64,000 bases of DNA from Obrimoposthia wandeli. Lineage: Eukaryota. Positions 20,254 through 31,570 of this stretch are shown here, piece after piece. Within the stretch, counting starts at the first letter, position 1, and each line of letters begins with the position of its first letter. The notes beneath the pieces were generated by a model. That model searched no databases, had not been told where the DNA came from, and saw nothing but the letters and a program-made list of their open reading frames with translations. The stretch lies in assembly GCA_977020255.1 (NCBI GenBank), contig CDROCS010000253.1, positions 310,001 to 374,000 on the forward strand, given 5' to 3'. The position numbers were made by a program, and so were the translations under genes.

Positions 20254-22356
20254 ATGCTTGAACAATTATTTAACAGCCCTTTTTTATATAGCTTATCGCT
20301 AACCCTAGTGCATTTTTTATGGCAAGGTTTACTGGTGGCGCTTATCTTAAAGTCTTTGTTATATATAATTGATAAAAATAAATCAAAACTGCGTTACACC
20401 TTAGCAACGTTGGCAATGTTAGCAAATGCATTACTTGCCGTGCTGACCTTTTCAATGGTTTATCCTGACACAAACTCTGGCATGAATAGTTATCTCAGCC
20501 CCATTCCCCTGACAAGTTTAGTTAATGAATTAACCCAACAAAATGCCTTATTAACATATCAGGAATTGTTGCCCTCAATTTTAGCTTACTCATTACCTTA
20601 TCTCTCGTTACTTTGGCTGGCTACCATAGCTATTCTTGCCAGCAAATTACTCATTGAGATTCGTAATGTGAATAACTTACCCTTACATTCAAGCGTCTCC
20701 CCATCGTTGGCTTTATCTGCCCGCTTTGATGAATTGGCCAAACAAATAAAGTTAGTTAAAACACCAAGATTACTTATTTCATTAAAAGCTGAAGTACCTA
20801 TGGCAATAGGATGGCTAAAGCCTGTGGTATTACTACCCGCCAGTATGGTAACCGGTTTAAACGCTGCTCAACTTGAGATGCTTATTTTACACGAGCTCGC
20901 GCATATTCGCCGTCATGATTATCTAGTTAACTTTTTACAAACACTTATAGAACTGCTCTTTTTCTTCCATCCAAGTGTGCATTGGATCGGCAAACAAATG
21001 CGCAACGAACGGGAGTATTGTAGTGATGACATTGCCGTGCAACATTGCGGTGATGCAATAGCCTACGCACACACTTTAACTGATACCGCCTCTTTATGTG
21101 CTAAAAATCACTTCCATACTATTCCGACCATGGCAATGGCGGCATCTGGTGGTGACTTAAAAGAGCGAGTACTTCGACTTGTAGATCATCATTGTGCGCC
21201 AACGAATAACACCAGTAAATGGCTCGCAGCAATGAGCTTACTTTTAGCACTAACATTACTGAGCATGAATCAATTACTGACTATGCCTTTTGCTCAACAG
21301 CTAAACAATCAGTTTCCATGGCAAAAACAGCAAACACTTAACAGTAATATTACTAGCCCTGCGGCTACCTTAGTAGGCTTAGATAAACAGGCCACAACAC
21401 TCACAAGTGACTCGATTGCTCAGCAACTACTCAACCATAAAGAATCAGCACCTCATAATGCTCTTGTAAAATTAGAAAAAAATCAGAGTACATCTGCCCT
21501 ATTTATAAAAAATGAAAGCGGACTAACGACAGCGATTATTGAACCTTTAGTGCTTAGTAACTCCCAAGACGTCATCAAAACAGTAGAAGAAACGGCTCAG
21601 CATAGTCTACGAGCCACAATAGATAATAACAAACAGATAACTAAGGGTATGCATCAGGAAGTACAAACTAGTGTAGTGGTGCCAGTGCAGAATGAAAGTA
21701 GAACAATAGCCCAACTTGCCCTAGTAGAATCCAATCCGATTAACGCTAAAGAAGGCTTACAATCAGCAACTAAAGTACAGCAGTTAGCGGCTGTAAAAGC
21801 GCAAGTAACATTACCATCGATACGAGCAGTAAAACTCAAGAGACAAGCAGCTATAGTTAAATCGGCTCAAGAAGGTAATAAAAAGTTATCCCTCATAAAT
21901 GATAAAGATTTAAGCATCAAAAAAGCACCTTATCGCCAACTTGCTTATAATCAAGAAGTTAAAGGCTTGGCCGAGCAAAGTGCATTATATCAAGCCTCGT
22001 ACACCGTTAGAGCAGAAAAAAACCTGCCATTAAAAGTGGATAAAATAGGACAGTCAAAGCAAGAGTCACTACAAGCACCAAGCTCATTTGACGCTAAATT
22101 AATTAACTCTATTAATCCAGTATACCCCAGTCTTGCAAAACGCCGTGGTATTGAGATGGAAGTCAAAGTAGACTTCACTATAGATCGCGACGGGAAAGTA
22201 AAAGATATTAATTTCGACCAACAAAGTAAGCTTATTTATTTCAAATCAGCTATTCGCTCAGCTATTCGTAAATGGCGATTTAGCCCTGCTACAAAAAACA
22301 ACCGTAAGATTGAAAGTAAGATGACAAAAATATTCTCTTTTAGCTTACATGCCTAG
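20254..22356 (+). CDS. BlaR1-like M56 peptidase fused to a C-terminal TonB domain
   Basis: LVHFLWQG, ILHELAHIRRHD (HExxH) and EREYCSDD; C-terminal PVYPSLAKRRGIEMEVKVDFTIDRDGKV...KWRFSP TonB_C signature. Confidence 0.88.
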   Translation: MLEQLFNSPFLYSLSLTLVHFLWQGLLVALILKSLLYIIDKNKSKLRYTLATLAMLANALLAVLTFSMVYPDTNSGMNSYLSPIPLTSLVNELTQQNALLTYQELLPSILAYSLPYLSLLWLATIAILASKLLIEIRNVNNLPLHSSVSPSLALSARFDELAKQIKLVKTPRLLISLKAEVPMAIGWLKPVVLLPASMVTGLNAAQLEMLILHELAHIRRHDYLVNFLQTLIELLFFFHPSVHWIGKQMRNEREYCSDDIAVQHCGDAIAYAHTLTDTASLCAKNHFHTIPTMAMAASGGDLKERVLRLVDHHCAPTNNTSKWLAAMSLLLALTLLSMNQLLTMPFAQQLNNQFPWQKQQTLNSNITSPAATLVGLDKQATTLTSDSIAQQLLNHKESAPHNALVKLEKNQSTSALFIKNESGLTTAIIEPLVLSNSQDVIKTVEETAQHSLRATIDNNKQITKGMHQEVQTSVVVPVQNESRTIAQLALVESNPINAKEGLQSATKVQQLAAVKAQVTLPSIRAVKLKRQAAIVKSAQEGNKKLSLINDKDLSIKKAPYRQLAYNQEVKGLAEQSALYQASYTVRAEKNLPLKVDKIGQSKQESLQAPSSFDAKLINSINPVYPSLAKRRGIEMEVKVDFTIDRDGKVKDINFDQQSKLIYFKSAIRSAIRKWRFSPATKNNRKIESKMTKIFSFSLHA

Positions 22357-22452
22357 TAATCATAACGAATAAAATAACACTAAAACTCGTCTTATCTTAG
22401 CTGTTTGTTTTCTTACATACTTAGGCCGAACCATTATTCTAGTTGATATATA

Positions 22453-22612
22453 ATACCAAAGGCATTAAGTTGGTGATCAATTTTAAGTGAAGATAAATAT
22501 TCAAGAGCAAGGCGCTTGATTGACTAATAGCTGGCTATTGGGAATGAAAGCAACGAAGTTATTGATTATTTAGACCACTTAAAAAGATTATATATTTAAT
22601 TCCTTTGGTATA
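22453..22612. repeat. TA-flanked intergenic repeat, medium type (160 bp)
   Basis: Terminal inverted repeat TACCAAAGG.ATTAA...TTAAT.CCTTTGGTA; internal block matches 5218-5373. Confidence 0.85.
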
Positions 22613-22622
22613 AGAGAGTATT

Positions 22623-23627
22623 TTGAGTAAAGACCATTCGTTTAACCCAGAAAGTAGCCTCGAAGATAAACTACCGGATGAGATCAATTCATTTTGGCAA
22701 AAAGGCCTATTTGACTCATTCTCAGGGATTGATGGAGTAAGCATACACTATGCACAATTTATTCAGGCACAAGCTGAGTCTCCTACAATAATCATTGTAC
22801 CGGGACGCTGTGAAAGCTACTTAAAATACCAAGAACTGTCATTTGATTTATACTGCCAAGGGTACAATATTTTTATCCTAGATCATCGAGGTCAAGGGCT
22901 ATCAGGACGAATGCTTCCAAACTTAAATAAAGGCTACGTTACTAAATTTCAAGACTATATTGATGATTTTCAGTATTTTATTGAAAAAATAGTTACTCCG
23001 CATTCTTCAGGAAAACCATACCTTTTAGCACACTCAATGGGTGGCACCATAGCAACTCGCTTTATGCAAGACTTTCCCAGTGCAATCAAAGCGGCAGTAA
23101 TATCATCACCAATGCTGGGGTTTTATTCTGGCCTTTTACCTAAATTTATAGCTAAAAAACTCATCGCTATTAAAGTAGTAATCAATAATGCCATCAGTAA
23201 AACCCCTTGGTATTTTGTAGGGCAAAAAGACTATTCTCCTGTTAATTTTACCGAGAATAAACTAACCCACTCAATAAAGCGCTATCAATATTTTGTTAAT
23301 TTGTATAAAAACAACAAAGTCATTCAGCTTGGCGGGGTTACCAGTCACTGGTTAGCACAAAGTATTGCAGCCCAAAAAGAGCTTTTCGCTAAAATACTTC
23401 AGCTTAAAACACCTATATTGTTGCTTCAAGCTAGTGGTGATACTGTAGTTTGCCAACAAGCACAAAATGATTTTTGTCAGCAATTACATGCATTACAACC
23501 ACAATCATGCCCAAATGGCATACCAAGTAGAATTGATAATGCTTACCATGAGTTGTTTTTTGAGACAGATGAGCAGAGAAATAGTGCAATAGCACAAAGC
23601 CTTGCGTGGTTTAAACAGCATAACTAA
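22623..23627 (+). CDS. Alpha/beta hydrolase, lysophospholipase L2-like
   Basis: PGRCESYLKY, DHRGQGLSGR, nucleophile elbow AHSMGG, AYHELFFE. Confidence 0.85.
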   Translation: MSKDHSFNPESSLEDKLPDEINSFWQKGLFDSFSGIDGVSIHYAQFIQAQAESPTIIIVPGRCESYLKYQELSFDLYCQGYNIFILDHRGQGLSGRMLPNLNKGYVTKFQDYIDDFQYFIEKIVTPHSSGKPYLLAHSMGGTIATRFMQDFPSAIKAAVISSPMLGFYSGLLPKFIAKKLIAIKVVINNAISKTPWYFVGQKDYSPVNFTENKLTHSIKRYQYFVNLYKNNKVIQLGGVTSHWLAQSIAAQKELFAKILQLKTPILLLQASGDTVVCQQAQNDFCQQLHALQPQSCPNGIPSRIDNAYHELFFETDEQRNSAIAQSLAWFKQHN

Positions 23628-23658
23628 TGTTTAAAGCAAGGCTACTGACAGCTTCAGT

Positions 23659-24564
23659 CTATTTTGACTGCTCACTTTGAACGACAGAACTTGGGTCTTG
23701 GTGAATAAACACCTCACAGGGAGCTAAAGCTTGGCAAATTTCCGCCTCAATTTCATCGCCGATGCTATGTGCTTCCAATAGAGATAAGTCATCACTCAAT
23801 TCTAAATGAAACTGTATAAACTTCTGCACGCCAGACTGTCTAGTGCGTAACTCATGAATGCCTTTTGCTTGTTTATGTTTCAACACAATAGTTTTTATTT
23901 GCGCCAATTCTTCATCACTTAACTCACTATCCATTAACTGCGAAACACTTTGTACCATGATTTGGCCAGCCCCAAAGACGAGATAAAGAGCGACGAGTAT
24001 GGTGAAAACACCATCAGCTTGTAACCATATGCCCTGACTCAAAATAATTGCTGCTAAAACACCTAAATTTAGAAATAAATCAGATTGATAATGCAATGCA
24101 TCACCACTAATAATAATAGAGCCAGTACGCTTTATTACGTACCGCTGAAAGGCAACTAAAATAAGCGTTAAAACAATAGAGATAATTGTTACCCAAATAG
24201 CAACTTCACTATGCACTATCACTTGCGGATTAAGCAGTCGAGATACGCCATTAAAAATAAGTATGATGGCAGAGCCAAGTACAAACGAAGCTTGCACCAA
24301 TCCAGCTAAACTTTCAGCCTTACCGTGACCAAAGCTGTGCTCTTTGTCCGCCGGAGCTAAAGCAAAGCGTAAAATAACGATACTCATTATTGAAGCAAAT
24401 AAATCTAAAATAGAATCTGTAGTGGAAGCGAGCATGGCACTAGAGTCAGTGACCAACCAAGCATACAGTTTAATCACCACTAAGATGAAAGCGGTAGAAG
24501 TAGAAAATATTGCTGCTAATCGCACCCAAAATGCATAATCGTCTGTTGCGCTTTTTATAGCCAT
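23659..24564 (-). CDS. fieF: Cation diffusion facilitator, FieF/YiiP-like
   Basis: DSILD, EHSFGHGKAESLAG, DALHYQSD, HELRTRQSG...FIQFHLEL, VFIHQDP. Confidence 0.88.
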   Translation of the reverse strand: MAIKSATDDYAFWVRLAAIFSTSTAFILVVIKLYAWLVTDSSAMLASTTDSILDLFASIMSIVILRFALAPADKEHSFGHGKAESLAGLVQASFVLGSAIILIFNGVSRLLNPQVIVHSEVAIWVTIISIVLTLILVAFQRYVIKRTGSIIISGDALHYQSDLFLNLGVLAAIILSQGIWLQADGVFTILVALYLVFGAGQIMVQSVSQLMDSELSDEELAQIKTIVLKHKQAKGIHELRTRQSGVQKFIQFHLELSDDLSLLEAHSIGDEIEAEICQALAPCEVFIHQDPSSVVQSEQSK

Positions 24565-24608
24565 AGCTAATCCTTGGAAAAAATTAAGACTGATAAGTCA
24601 TTATTAGT

Positions 24609-24788
24609 TATACCCGTTACCATTCAAGATGCAAGTTCAGAGTGCTTGAGCAATTTCGATGGGTTTAAAATGACTTTATACTGCGTTAAATAATCCAAAC
24701 ATAGAGTGACTATGCTTAAATCATTTTCCTTGCCTAAAGTGATTTTAATTCCCACTGAAATCCTGCACTTTGAATGATAACGGGTATA
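24609..24788. repeat. Family A element lacking the internal module (180 bp)
   Basis: Same ends as 14465-14728 but joined GAGCAATTTC|GATGGG, so the ~84-bp internal hairpin module is missing. Confidence 0.92.
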
Positions 24789-24809
24789 TAATAACAAAAA
24801 TTTTATCAC

Positions 24810-25286
24810 ATGATGATTGTTATGCTAGATGTTGTTCTTTTTCAACCCCAAATTCCACCAAATACCGGTAATATAATTCGCTTATGTGCAAATTCCGGCT
24901 TTCGTTTACACTTAATAGAGCCATTAGGTTTTGATTTAGAAGATAAAAAATTACGTCGTGCCGGTTTAGACTACCATGAATTTGCCGCTATACAGCGCCA
25001 TGCAAACTTCAATGCTTTCATGGAGAAAGAGCAGCCAAAACGTGTATTAGCAATTACCACCAAAACCAATAATTTTTATGGTGATATCAGCTTTGCCGCC
25101 GGTGATTATTTATTATTTGGTTCAGAAACAGCAGGGTTACCTGAGGAAGTTCGTGCACAAATTCCTGATGAGAATAAAATTAGAATCCCAATGCTAAAAG
25201 AGAGTCGTAGCATGAATTTATCAAACGCCACAGCAGTGATCGTTTACGACGCATGGCGTCAGCTAGGTTTTCCTAACGCGGTATAA
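24810..25286 (+). CDS. trmL: tRNA (cytidine/uridine-2'-O)-methyltransferase TrmL (start may be 24822)
   Basis: [47 protein letters not shown] motifs. Confidence 0.95.
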   Translation: MMIVMLDVVLFQPQIPPNTGNIIRLCANSGFRLHLIEPLGFDLEDKKLRRAGLDYHEFAAIQRHANFNAFMEKEQPKRVLAITTKTNNFYGDISFAAGDYLLFGSETAGLPEEVRAQIPDENKIRIPMLKESRSMNLSNATAVIVYDAWRQLGFPNAV

Positions 25287-25410
25287 TCGACTCAGTATAA
25301 ATAAGCGCAGTAAAAAATAGATGATAAGGTAACTGTAAATCAAGCTATAACAAAATTTACAGTTATTATGTCAGTCTTTCTTTAGCGTTTTTCTTTTCAA
25401 TATGATGAGA

Positions 25411-26421
25411 TTATTCAAACGTCTTATCACGAGAAAGCAAGTCAGCCGCCGCTAATCTGGCATCTTTTCCACGATAAAGTACTTGATAAACTTGCTCAAC
25501 AATAGGCATTTCAACATCATGTCGCTGGGCAAGCATATAAACTTCTTTCGTGTTTCGGTAACCTTCAACGACTTGACCAATGTCAGTTATAGCTTGTTCA
25601 ACTTCATTGCCCTGACCTAACGCTAAACCAAATCGACGATTACGCGATTGATTATCCGTACAAGTCAAGACCAGATCACCTAAACCTGCCATGCCCATAA
25701 AAGTAGCTGGTTCAGCATTTAACGCTAAACCTAAGCGGGTCATTTCAGCTAATCCACGGGTAATTAACGCAGTACGTGCATTTGCACCAAAGCCAATACC
25801 ATCAGCTATACCTGCGGCAATAGCGATAACATTTTTAACTGCACCGCCGAGCTGCACGCCAATGAAATCTTTGTTAGCGTAAACTCGAAAACGTTTTTCA
25901 CAATGCAGTAAGTCAGATAATTCAGCAACAAACTCATCATCTTCAGAAGATAACGAAATGGCAGTTGGTAACCCTGAAGCCATTTCTTTAGCAAACGTTG
26001 GTCCAGATAAAACAGCTAAAGACACATTATCGCCGAGTACTTTTCTTGCTACATTTTGCAATAAATCACCGGTTTGTGGATCTAAGCCCTTCGTGGCCCA
26101 GGCAATTTTTGCATTACTTGTTAACATCGGCTTAATTTGTTTAAGCATATCTGCAAAAGCATGACTTGGCACTACCACTAAAAGGTTATCACTCGCTTGC
26201 ACTGCTTTTGCTAAATCAGCTTCTAGAGCCAAATTTTCAGGAAAAGGGCAGTCGGCAAGATACTTATTATTTTCTCTATCTTGCTCCATTACGGCGACGT
26301 GATTAGCATCACGCCCCCATAACAAGGTTTTATGACCATTTCTGGCTAAACAAATTGCTAGAGCGGTGCCATAAGACCCTGCACCCAGCACTGTTATTTT
26401 TGCAGCTAAAGACATATACAA
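25411..26421 (-). CDS. gpsA: NAD(P)H-dependent glycerol-3-phosphate dehydrogenase
   Basis: [48 protein letters not shown]. Confidence 0.97.
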   Translation of the reverse strand: MYMSLAAKITVLGAGSYGTALAICLARNGHKTLLWGRDANHVAVMEQDRENNKYLADCPFPENLALEADLAKAVQASDNLLVVVPSHAFADMLKQIKPMLTSNAKIAWATKGLDPQTGDLLQNVARKVLGDNVSLAVLSGPTFAKEMASGLPTAISLSSEDDEFVAELSDLLHCEKRFRVYANKDFIGVQLGGAVKNVIAIAAGIADGIGFGANARTALITRGLAEMTRLGLALNAEPATFMGMAGLGDLVLTCTDNQSRNRRFGLALGQGNEVEQAITDIGQVVEGYRNTKEVYMLAQRHDVEMPIVEQVYQVLYRGKDARLAAADLLSRDKTFE

Positions 26422-26463
26422 CCCTATTTATAAGCTAATGTCACCTTGGTAATATATGGCTAA

Positions 26464-26961
26464 CTAGTGTGTTTCGATACTTTGTGGGACGTTGTCTTGT
26501 GCTGCACGTTGCTGTACATAAGAAGCATATAAGCCTTCAAAGTTAACCGGTGTTAAGTTAAATTGTGGGAAAGAACCACGGTTAACTAAACTTGCTACTG
26601 TTTCACGAGCATATGGAAACAATGTCGTAGGGCAGAAAGCACCAATAGTATGCGCTAGTTGTGCTTCAGGTAAGTTACCAATAGTAAAAATACCGGCTTG
26701 TTGTACTTCAGCTAAAAAGGCAGTTTTATCTTCTACTGTAGCCGTAACTGTTACCGATAAAACAACTTCATAGGTGTTATCAGCTAACTTAGTTGAACGC
26801 GTATCAAGATCTAATTTGATTTCTGGCTTCCAATCTGATTGAAAGACGGCTGGAGAGTTAGGCGTTTCAAAAGAAACATCTTTAGTGTAAATACGTTGTA
26901 TGGCGAACTCTGGAGATTGTTGTGCTGCTTCACTGTTGTCTACTTGATTTTCTTCAGCCAT
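26464..26961 (-). CDS. secB: Protein-export chaperone SecB
   Basis: [33 protein letters not shown]. Confidence 0.97.
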   Translation of the reverse strand: MAEENQVDNSEAAQQSPEFAIQRIYTKDVSFETPNSPAVFQSDWKPEIKLDLDTRSTKLADNTYEVVLSVTVTATVEDKTAFLAEVQQAGIFTIGNLPEAQLAHTIGAFCPTTLFPYARETVASLVNRGSFPQFNLTPVNFEGLYASYVQQRAAQDNVPQSIETH

Positions 26962-26996
26962 GAGTGGCTCCTTTATTATAGTTTTTCTAATTGAAT

Positions 26997-27257
26997 TTAT
27001 TGTGCGTCTAAAAGCGCATCTAATTGATTATTTCTTTCTAAGGCAACTAATTGATCACAACCGCCAATATGAACATCATTAATAAATACTTGTGGCACTG
27101 TATAGCCACCATTACTGCGTTCAATCATGGTGTTACGCATTTCCATATCACCATCAATCTTAATTTCATTATAATCCGGCTGCTTGCTCTTTAATAAAGC
27201 AAGAGCATGAGTACAATAAGGGCAGTATGCTTTGGTATATATTTCAACTTTTGCCAT
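26997..27257 (-). CDS. grxC: Glutaredoxin 3
   Basis: CPYC active site, TVPQVFI, IGGCD; position in the rhodanese-grxC-secB-gpsA operon. Start at ATG 27257 preferred over the track start. Confidence 0.92.
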   Translation of the reverse strand: MAKVEIYTKAYCPYCTHALALLKSKQPDYNEIKIDGDMEMRNTMIERSNGGYTVPQVFINDVHIGGCDQLVALERNNQLDALLDAQ

Positions 27258-27311
27258 TTCAATCACTCTTTATTTTCTATTTTAACGGATAGCGAAATTG
27301 CACTAAATGTA

Positions 27312-27737
27312 CTATTTTGCTACAGGTAAACCTGCGCTAGTCCAGCTATTCATGCCACCTTTAAGTACGCTGACTCGAGTGAAACCACCTTTAAATAAAT
27401 CAGTAGCAATTTGTACAGCACTCATACCTGCAGCACATACTACTATGATGGGCTTGTCTTTATATTTTTCAAGACTAGTAAAGCCATTTTTGCTGATTTT
27501 TTCACTTGATACATTAATTGCGTCAAGGATATGTCCCGCTTTAAATTCATTTTCCTTGCGGATATCAAGGGCAACACCTTCTTCTCTATTCATCAAAAAA
27601 GTTAAATCTTGAGTACTGATTTGTTTAACTGGTGACATTTGCATTTTAACTGTCGTGAAGATTATCATTACCACTAAGGCAACCCAAACCGCGCTCAGCA
27701 TGCCATTATCGCTTGCAAAAGTAATTAATTGTTCCAT
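27312..27737 (-). CDS. Rhodanese-like membrane protein (YibN-like)
   Basis: N-terminal TM, LDIRKENEFKAGHI, IIVVCAAG, LKGGMNSW. Confidence 0.88.
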   Translation of the reverse strand: MEQLITFASDNGMLSAVWVALVVMIIFTTVKMQMSPVKQISTQDLTFLMNREEGVALDIRKENEFKAGHILDAINVSSEKISKNGFTSLEKYKDKPIIVVCAAGMSAVQIATDLFKGGFTRVSVLKGGMNSWTSAGLPVAK

Positions 27738-27930
27738 AAATAAAAGCCCTTTTTTATCAAATTTCGAATCGGCACATTATACCCAAATGACTTAGAATTG
27801 CGAGCATATACCGCGAGCTAACACTTAGTAACCCTACACGGAACATTTCTATGTTAAATCCTTAGTGAATAACACAATTTGAGGGTGTACAATACTTGCT
27901 CATAAAACACTAAATTTAACGGGTAAAATA

Positions 27931-29493
27931 ATGGCGAATAAAAAATCAACGGTACTGATGATTCTAGATGGTTGGGGATATAGAGAAGAAACGAGTTCGA
28001 ACGCTATTCATCAAGCGAATACACCAGTATTAGATGATTTAAAAGCCAACTATCCAAATATGCTTATTGATACTTCAGGCATGGCCGTGGGCCTACCCGA
28101 AGGGCAAATGGGTAACTCTGAAGTGGGTCATGTAAATTTAGGTGCTGGCCGGGTGGTATATCAAGACTTCACCCGTATCACTAAAGCGATAAGTGATGGG
28201 GACTTTATTGAAAACCCTACGCTTTGCCAAGCAGTAGATACCGCAGCATCAACCAATAATGCCGTGCACATTTTTGGTTTACTTTCCCCCGGTGGCGTCC
28301 ATAGCCATGAAGAACATATCTTTGCCATGATGGAACTAGCCAAAAACCGCGGTGCTCAAAAAGTTTACTTACATGCCTTTTTAGACGGCCGAGATACACC
28401 ACCACGTAGTGCTCAAGCTTCTTTAGAAAAAGCCCAACAAAAGTTTTCCACCTTATTTACTGAAAACGACACTGGCGAAGGTCAAATAGCTTCAGTTATT
28501 GGCCGATACTATGCCATGGATAGAGATCAGCGCTGGGATCGGGTTGAAGCCGCTTATAACCTGCTGGTGAATGGCGAAGGCTTACACCAATACAATAGTG
28601 CCTTGGATGCCCTTGCTGGAGCCTATGAACGCAATGAAAATGATGAGTTTGTTGGTGCTAGCACGATAACAAAACCATCAGGTGAAACTATCCAAGTAAA
28701 TGATGGTGACGCATTAATTTTTATGAACTTTAGAGCAGACCGAGCGCGTCAATTTAGTCGTTGTTTTACCGAAAGAAACTTTGAAGGCTTTGAGAGAAAG
28801 CGCATTCCAGCCATAAGCAACTTTGTTATGCTGACACAGTATGCTGCCGATATTGATGCACCATCAGCTTTTGCTCCCACACCGCTCAATAACGTCATGG
28901 GTGAATGGTTAGCGAAACATAATAAAACTCAATTACGTATCTCTGAAACGGAAAAATATGCTCATGTCACCTTTTTCTTTAGTGGTGGTCAAGAAGACAC
29001 CTTTGCTGGCGAAGACCGTATTTTAGTGCCCTCCCCTGATGTTGCCACCTACGATTTACAGCCTGAAATGAATTCAACGCTACTTACCGATAAACTCGTT
29101 GGTGCCATTGAAAGTGGTAAGTATGACTTTATCGTTTGTAATTACCCTAATGGGGACATGGTTGGCCATACCGGTAGTTTTGATGCGGCAGTAAAAGCCT
29201 GTGAAGCAGTAGATACTTGTGTTGGTCGTGTTGTTAAAGCATTAAAAGATAACGATGGTGAATGTTTCATCACTGCGGATCACGGCAATGCGGAACAAAT
29301 GCAAGATCCTATATCAGGGCAAGCACATACGGCTCATACCTGCGAACCTGTACCACTTATCTATGTTGGTCGAAATGCCATGCCTGCAGCGGCTGGCACT
29401 TTAAGTGATATTTCGCCAAGCGTATTACACTTAATGGGAATGGAACAACCGGAAGAAATGACTGGCTCGGTACTAATGCAGTTAACTAAGTGA
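27931..29493 (+). CDS. gpmI: 2,3-bisphosphoglycerate-independent phosphoglycerate mutase
   Basis: [61 protein letters not shown]. Confidence 0.98.
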   Translation: MANKKSTVLMILDGWGYREETSSNAIHQANTPVLDDLKANYPNMLIDTSGMAVGLPEGQMGNSEVGHVNLGAGRVVYQDFTRITKAISDGDFIENPTLCQAVDTAASTNNAVHIFGLLSPGGVHSHEEHIFAMMELAKNRGAQKVYLHAFLDGRDTPPRSAQASLEKAQQKFSTLFTENDTGEGQIASVIGRYYAMDRDQRWDRVEAAYNLLVNGEGLHQYNSALDALAGAYERNENDEFVGASTITKPSGETIQVNDGDALIFMNFRADRARQFSRCFTERNFEGFERKRIPAISNFVMLTQYAADIDAPSAFAPTPLNNVMGEWLAKHNKTQLRISETEKYAHVTFFFSGGQEDTFAGEDRILVPSPDVATYDLQPEMNSTLLTDKLVGAIESGKYDFIVCNYPNGDMVGHTGSFDAAVKACEAVDTCVGRVVKALKDNDGECFITADHGNAEQMQDPISGQAHTAHTCEPVPLIYVGRNAMPAAAGTLSDISPSVLHLMGMEQPEEMTGSVLMQLTK

Positions 29494-29540
29494 TAGTAGC
29501 ATAAAGTAAGTGATATTAAATCAATAAGCTAAGTGATATA

Positions 29541-30758
29541 TTGGCTTTTGATTTATTTCCATCACCGATTATGAGATTGTTTATCCACACGTATTTAGCA
29601 AATAAGCACCTTCAACATATAGCGACAGCAAGCTTAATAATACTAAGTTTACTGTTTGCTTTTCCCTTGCAAGCAGAACAAAGTAAACGCAATGAAAGTG
29701 CGCAACAACAAAACCGCGCTAAGCTCAGCGATGTTCAAAAAGCCATCGCTAAACAAGAGTCAAATATTTTTGATGCGAATAAACAACGTAGTAGTTTAGA
29801 ACAACAATTAAAAAGTGATGATTTAGCGATTGCAAAAGTAGCCAAAGCAATCAATAAAATAGAAACAGATTTAAAAACTACTCAAGAAAAAATTTCTGCC
29901 TTAGCGATAAAGAAAAAAAAACTAACCATCGCCAAACAAAGACAAGAATATTTATTAGCACAACAACTTAGAGCGGCCTACACCACTGGTCAACATGATT
30001 ACCTCAAATTATTACTAAACCAAGATCAAAGTGAAAAAATCCAGCGTACCATCAGCTATTATCAATACTTAAATCAAGCAAGAACAAAAGAGATTGATAG
30101 TTTTCAAGCGACCATAGCACAGCTTCTACAAGTAAGTACGGAGCATCAAACACAAATTGAATATTTACAACAACTCAAAGACGATCAATTACAACAAGAC
30201 ACTCAATTTCGAAGCCGTAAAACACAACGAAGCAATACTCTAAAGAAATTAAGTCGTAAGTTACTCTCCAGCCAACAGCAATTAAATAAACTTAAAGCAG
30301 AAGAGAACAACTTAAACCAAGCATTAAAGAAGCTAGCTGCGATTATCCAAGCCGAAATTGATTTAACGGGTTTAAGTAAGTTAAAACGAAAGTTATCTTG
30401 GCCAGTCAAAGGACGTATGCTACATAGCTTTGGCACTCGAAAACAAGGTTACTTAAAATGGAAAGGGGTATTAATTGCTGCTCCGATAAGCCGCCAAGTA
30501 CAAACTATTCATAATGGTAAGGTCTTATTTTCAGATTGGCTTAAAGGCTACGGTTTATTAACGGTGATTGATCATGGCAATGGCTATATGAGCCTTTATG
30601 CCCACAACCAAACTTTGTTAAAGTCCGTAGGTGATCGTGTAGAAACAGGTGAGCCCATTGCATTGATTGGTCAAAGTGGTGGCTTAGAGCAATCAGGTCT
30701 TTATTTTGAAATTCGTCATCAAGGCAAAGCGCTTAACCCCAAACTTTGGTGTAGGTAA
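29541..30758 (+). CDS. envC: Murein hydrolase activator EnvC (coiled coil + M23/LytM); true start may be downstream
   Basis: Long coiled coil, then WPVKG...GVLI...GYGLLTVIDHG..YMSLYAHNQ...LYFEIR. Confidence 0.9.
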   Translation: MAFDLFPSPIMRLFIHTYLANKHLQHIATASLIILSLLFAFPLQAEQSKRNESAQQQNRAKLSDVQKAIAKQESNIFDANKQRSSLEQQLKSDDLAIAKVAKAINKIETDLKTTQEKISALAIKKKKLTIAKQRQEYLLAQQLRAAYTTGQHDYLKLLLNQDQSEKIQRTISYYQYLNQARTKEIDSFQATIAQLLQVSTEHQTQIEYLQQLKDDQLQQDTQFRSRKTQRSNTLKKLSRKLLSSQQQLNKLKAEENNLNQALKKLAAIIQAEIDLTGLSKLKRKLSWPVKGRMLHSFGTRKQGYLKWKGVLIAAPISRQVQTIHNGKVLFSDWLKGYGLLTVIDHGNGYMSLYAHNQTLLKSVGDRVETGEPIALIGQSGGLEQSGLYFEIRHQGKALNPKLWCR

Positions 30759-30763
30759 TTATC

Positions 30764-31510
30764 ATGCGTTCTTTTTTAATACTTTGTTTGACGCTATTTA
30801 GTGCCCAAAATAATGCACAAACTAACCGAGTTGCTATCGTCATTGATGATATGGGCTACCGTTACACCGACAAACATGCGTTAACTTTACCGGGGGCAAT
30901 TACTTATGCTTTTTTACCCCATACCACTTACGGTAAAAAACTTGCCATACAAGCGAACAGCACTCATCACGATGTGTTAATTCATGTTCCAATGGAGTCT
31001 GAAAAGAGAAAAAAATTAGGTCCTGGGGCGCTCACAAGTAATATGGATGAGCACGCGTTTAGCGAAAGCTTAACTAAATCCTTCGCTGAAATTCCGTTTG
31101 CCATTGGCATTAATAATCACATGGGAAGCTACCTCACGCAACTTTACCAACCCATGGCTTGGACTATGGCATTTTTAAAGCAAAATAATTTGTTTTTTTT
31201 AGACAGTAAAACCAGTCCTCATTCAAAAGCACAACAAGCAGCTATCGACTTTGGCGTACCAGTTCAAGCAAGGCATATATTTTTAGATAATGAATTAACT
31301 GATAAGTATATTAGTCAGCAATTTAAGCAACTCATTAATTTCGCTCAAAAGCACCAAACAGCCATTGCTATCGCCCATCCACATCCTGAAACTGTAGCAG
31401 TATTAAATAAGCTAATTCCTACCTTAAAGTTACATGGTATAGAGTTAGTGCCATTATCCCGTTTATATCAAGTACCAAATATCAGTAAAGTCATCGCTAT
31501 TAGCGAATAA
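30764..31510 (+). CDS. Divergent polysaccharide deacetylase family protein (YibQ-like)
   Basis: AIVIDDMG, IHVPME, GINNHMGS, FFLDSKT, IFLDN, AIAHP. Confidence 0.92.
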   Translation: MRSFLILCLTLFSAQNNAQTNRVAIVIDDMGYRYTDKHALTLPGAITYAFLPHTTYGKKLAIQANSTHHDVLIHVPMESEKRKKLGPGALTSNMDEHAFSESLTKSFAEIPFAIGINNHMGSYLTQLYQPMAWTMAFLKQNNLFFLDSKTSPHSKAQQAAIDFGVPVQARHIFLDNELTDKYISQQFKQLINFAQKHQTAIAIAHPHPETVAVLNKLIPTLKLHGIELVPLSRLYQVPNISKVIAISE

Positions 31511-31570
31511 TATTTGTATTTATAGAATTTAGAGCAACAAGTGACACTACACAACAATAGGACCGTTTGC

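Noticed and set aside
25330-25365. TGTAAA...TTTACA inverted repeat as a TyrR box
   Set aside because: Spacer is 16 nt rather than 6 and it lies between convergent 3' ends; more likely a terminator-like hairpin.
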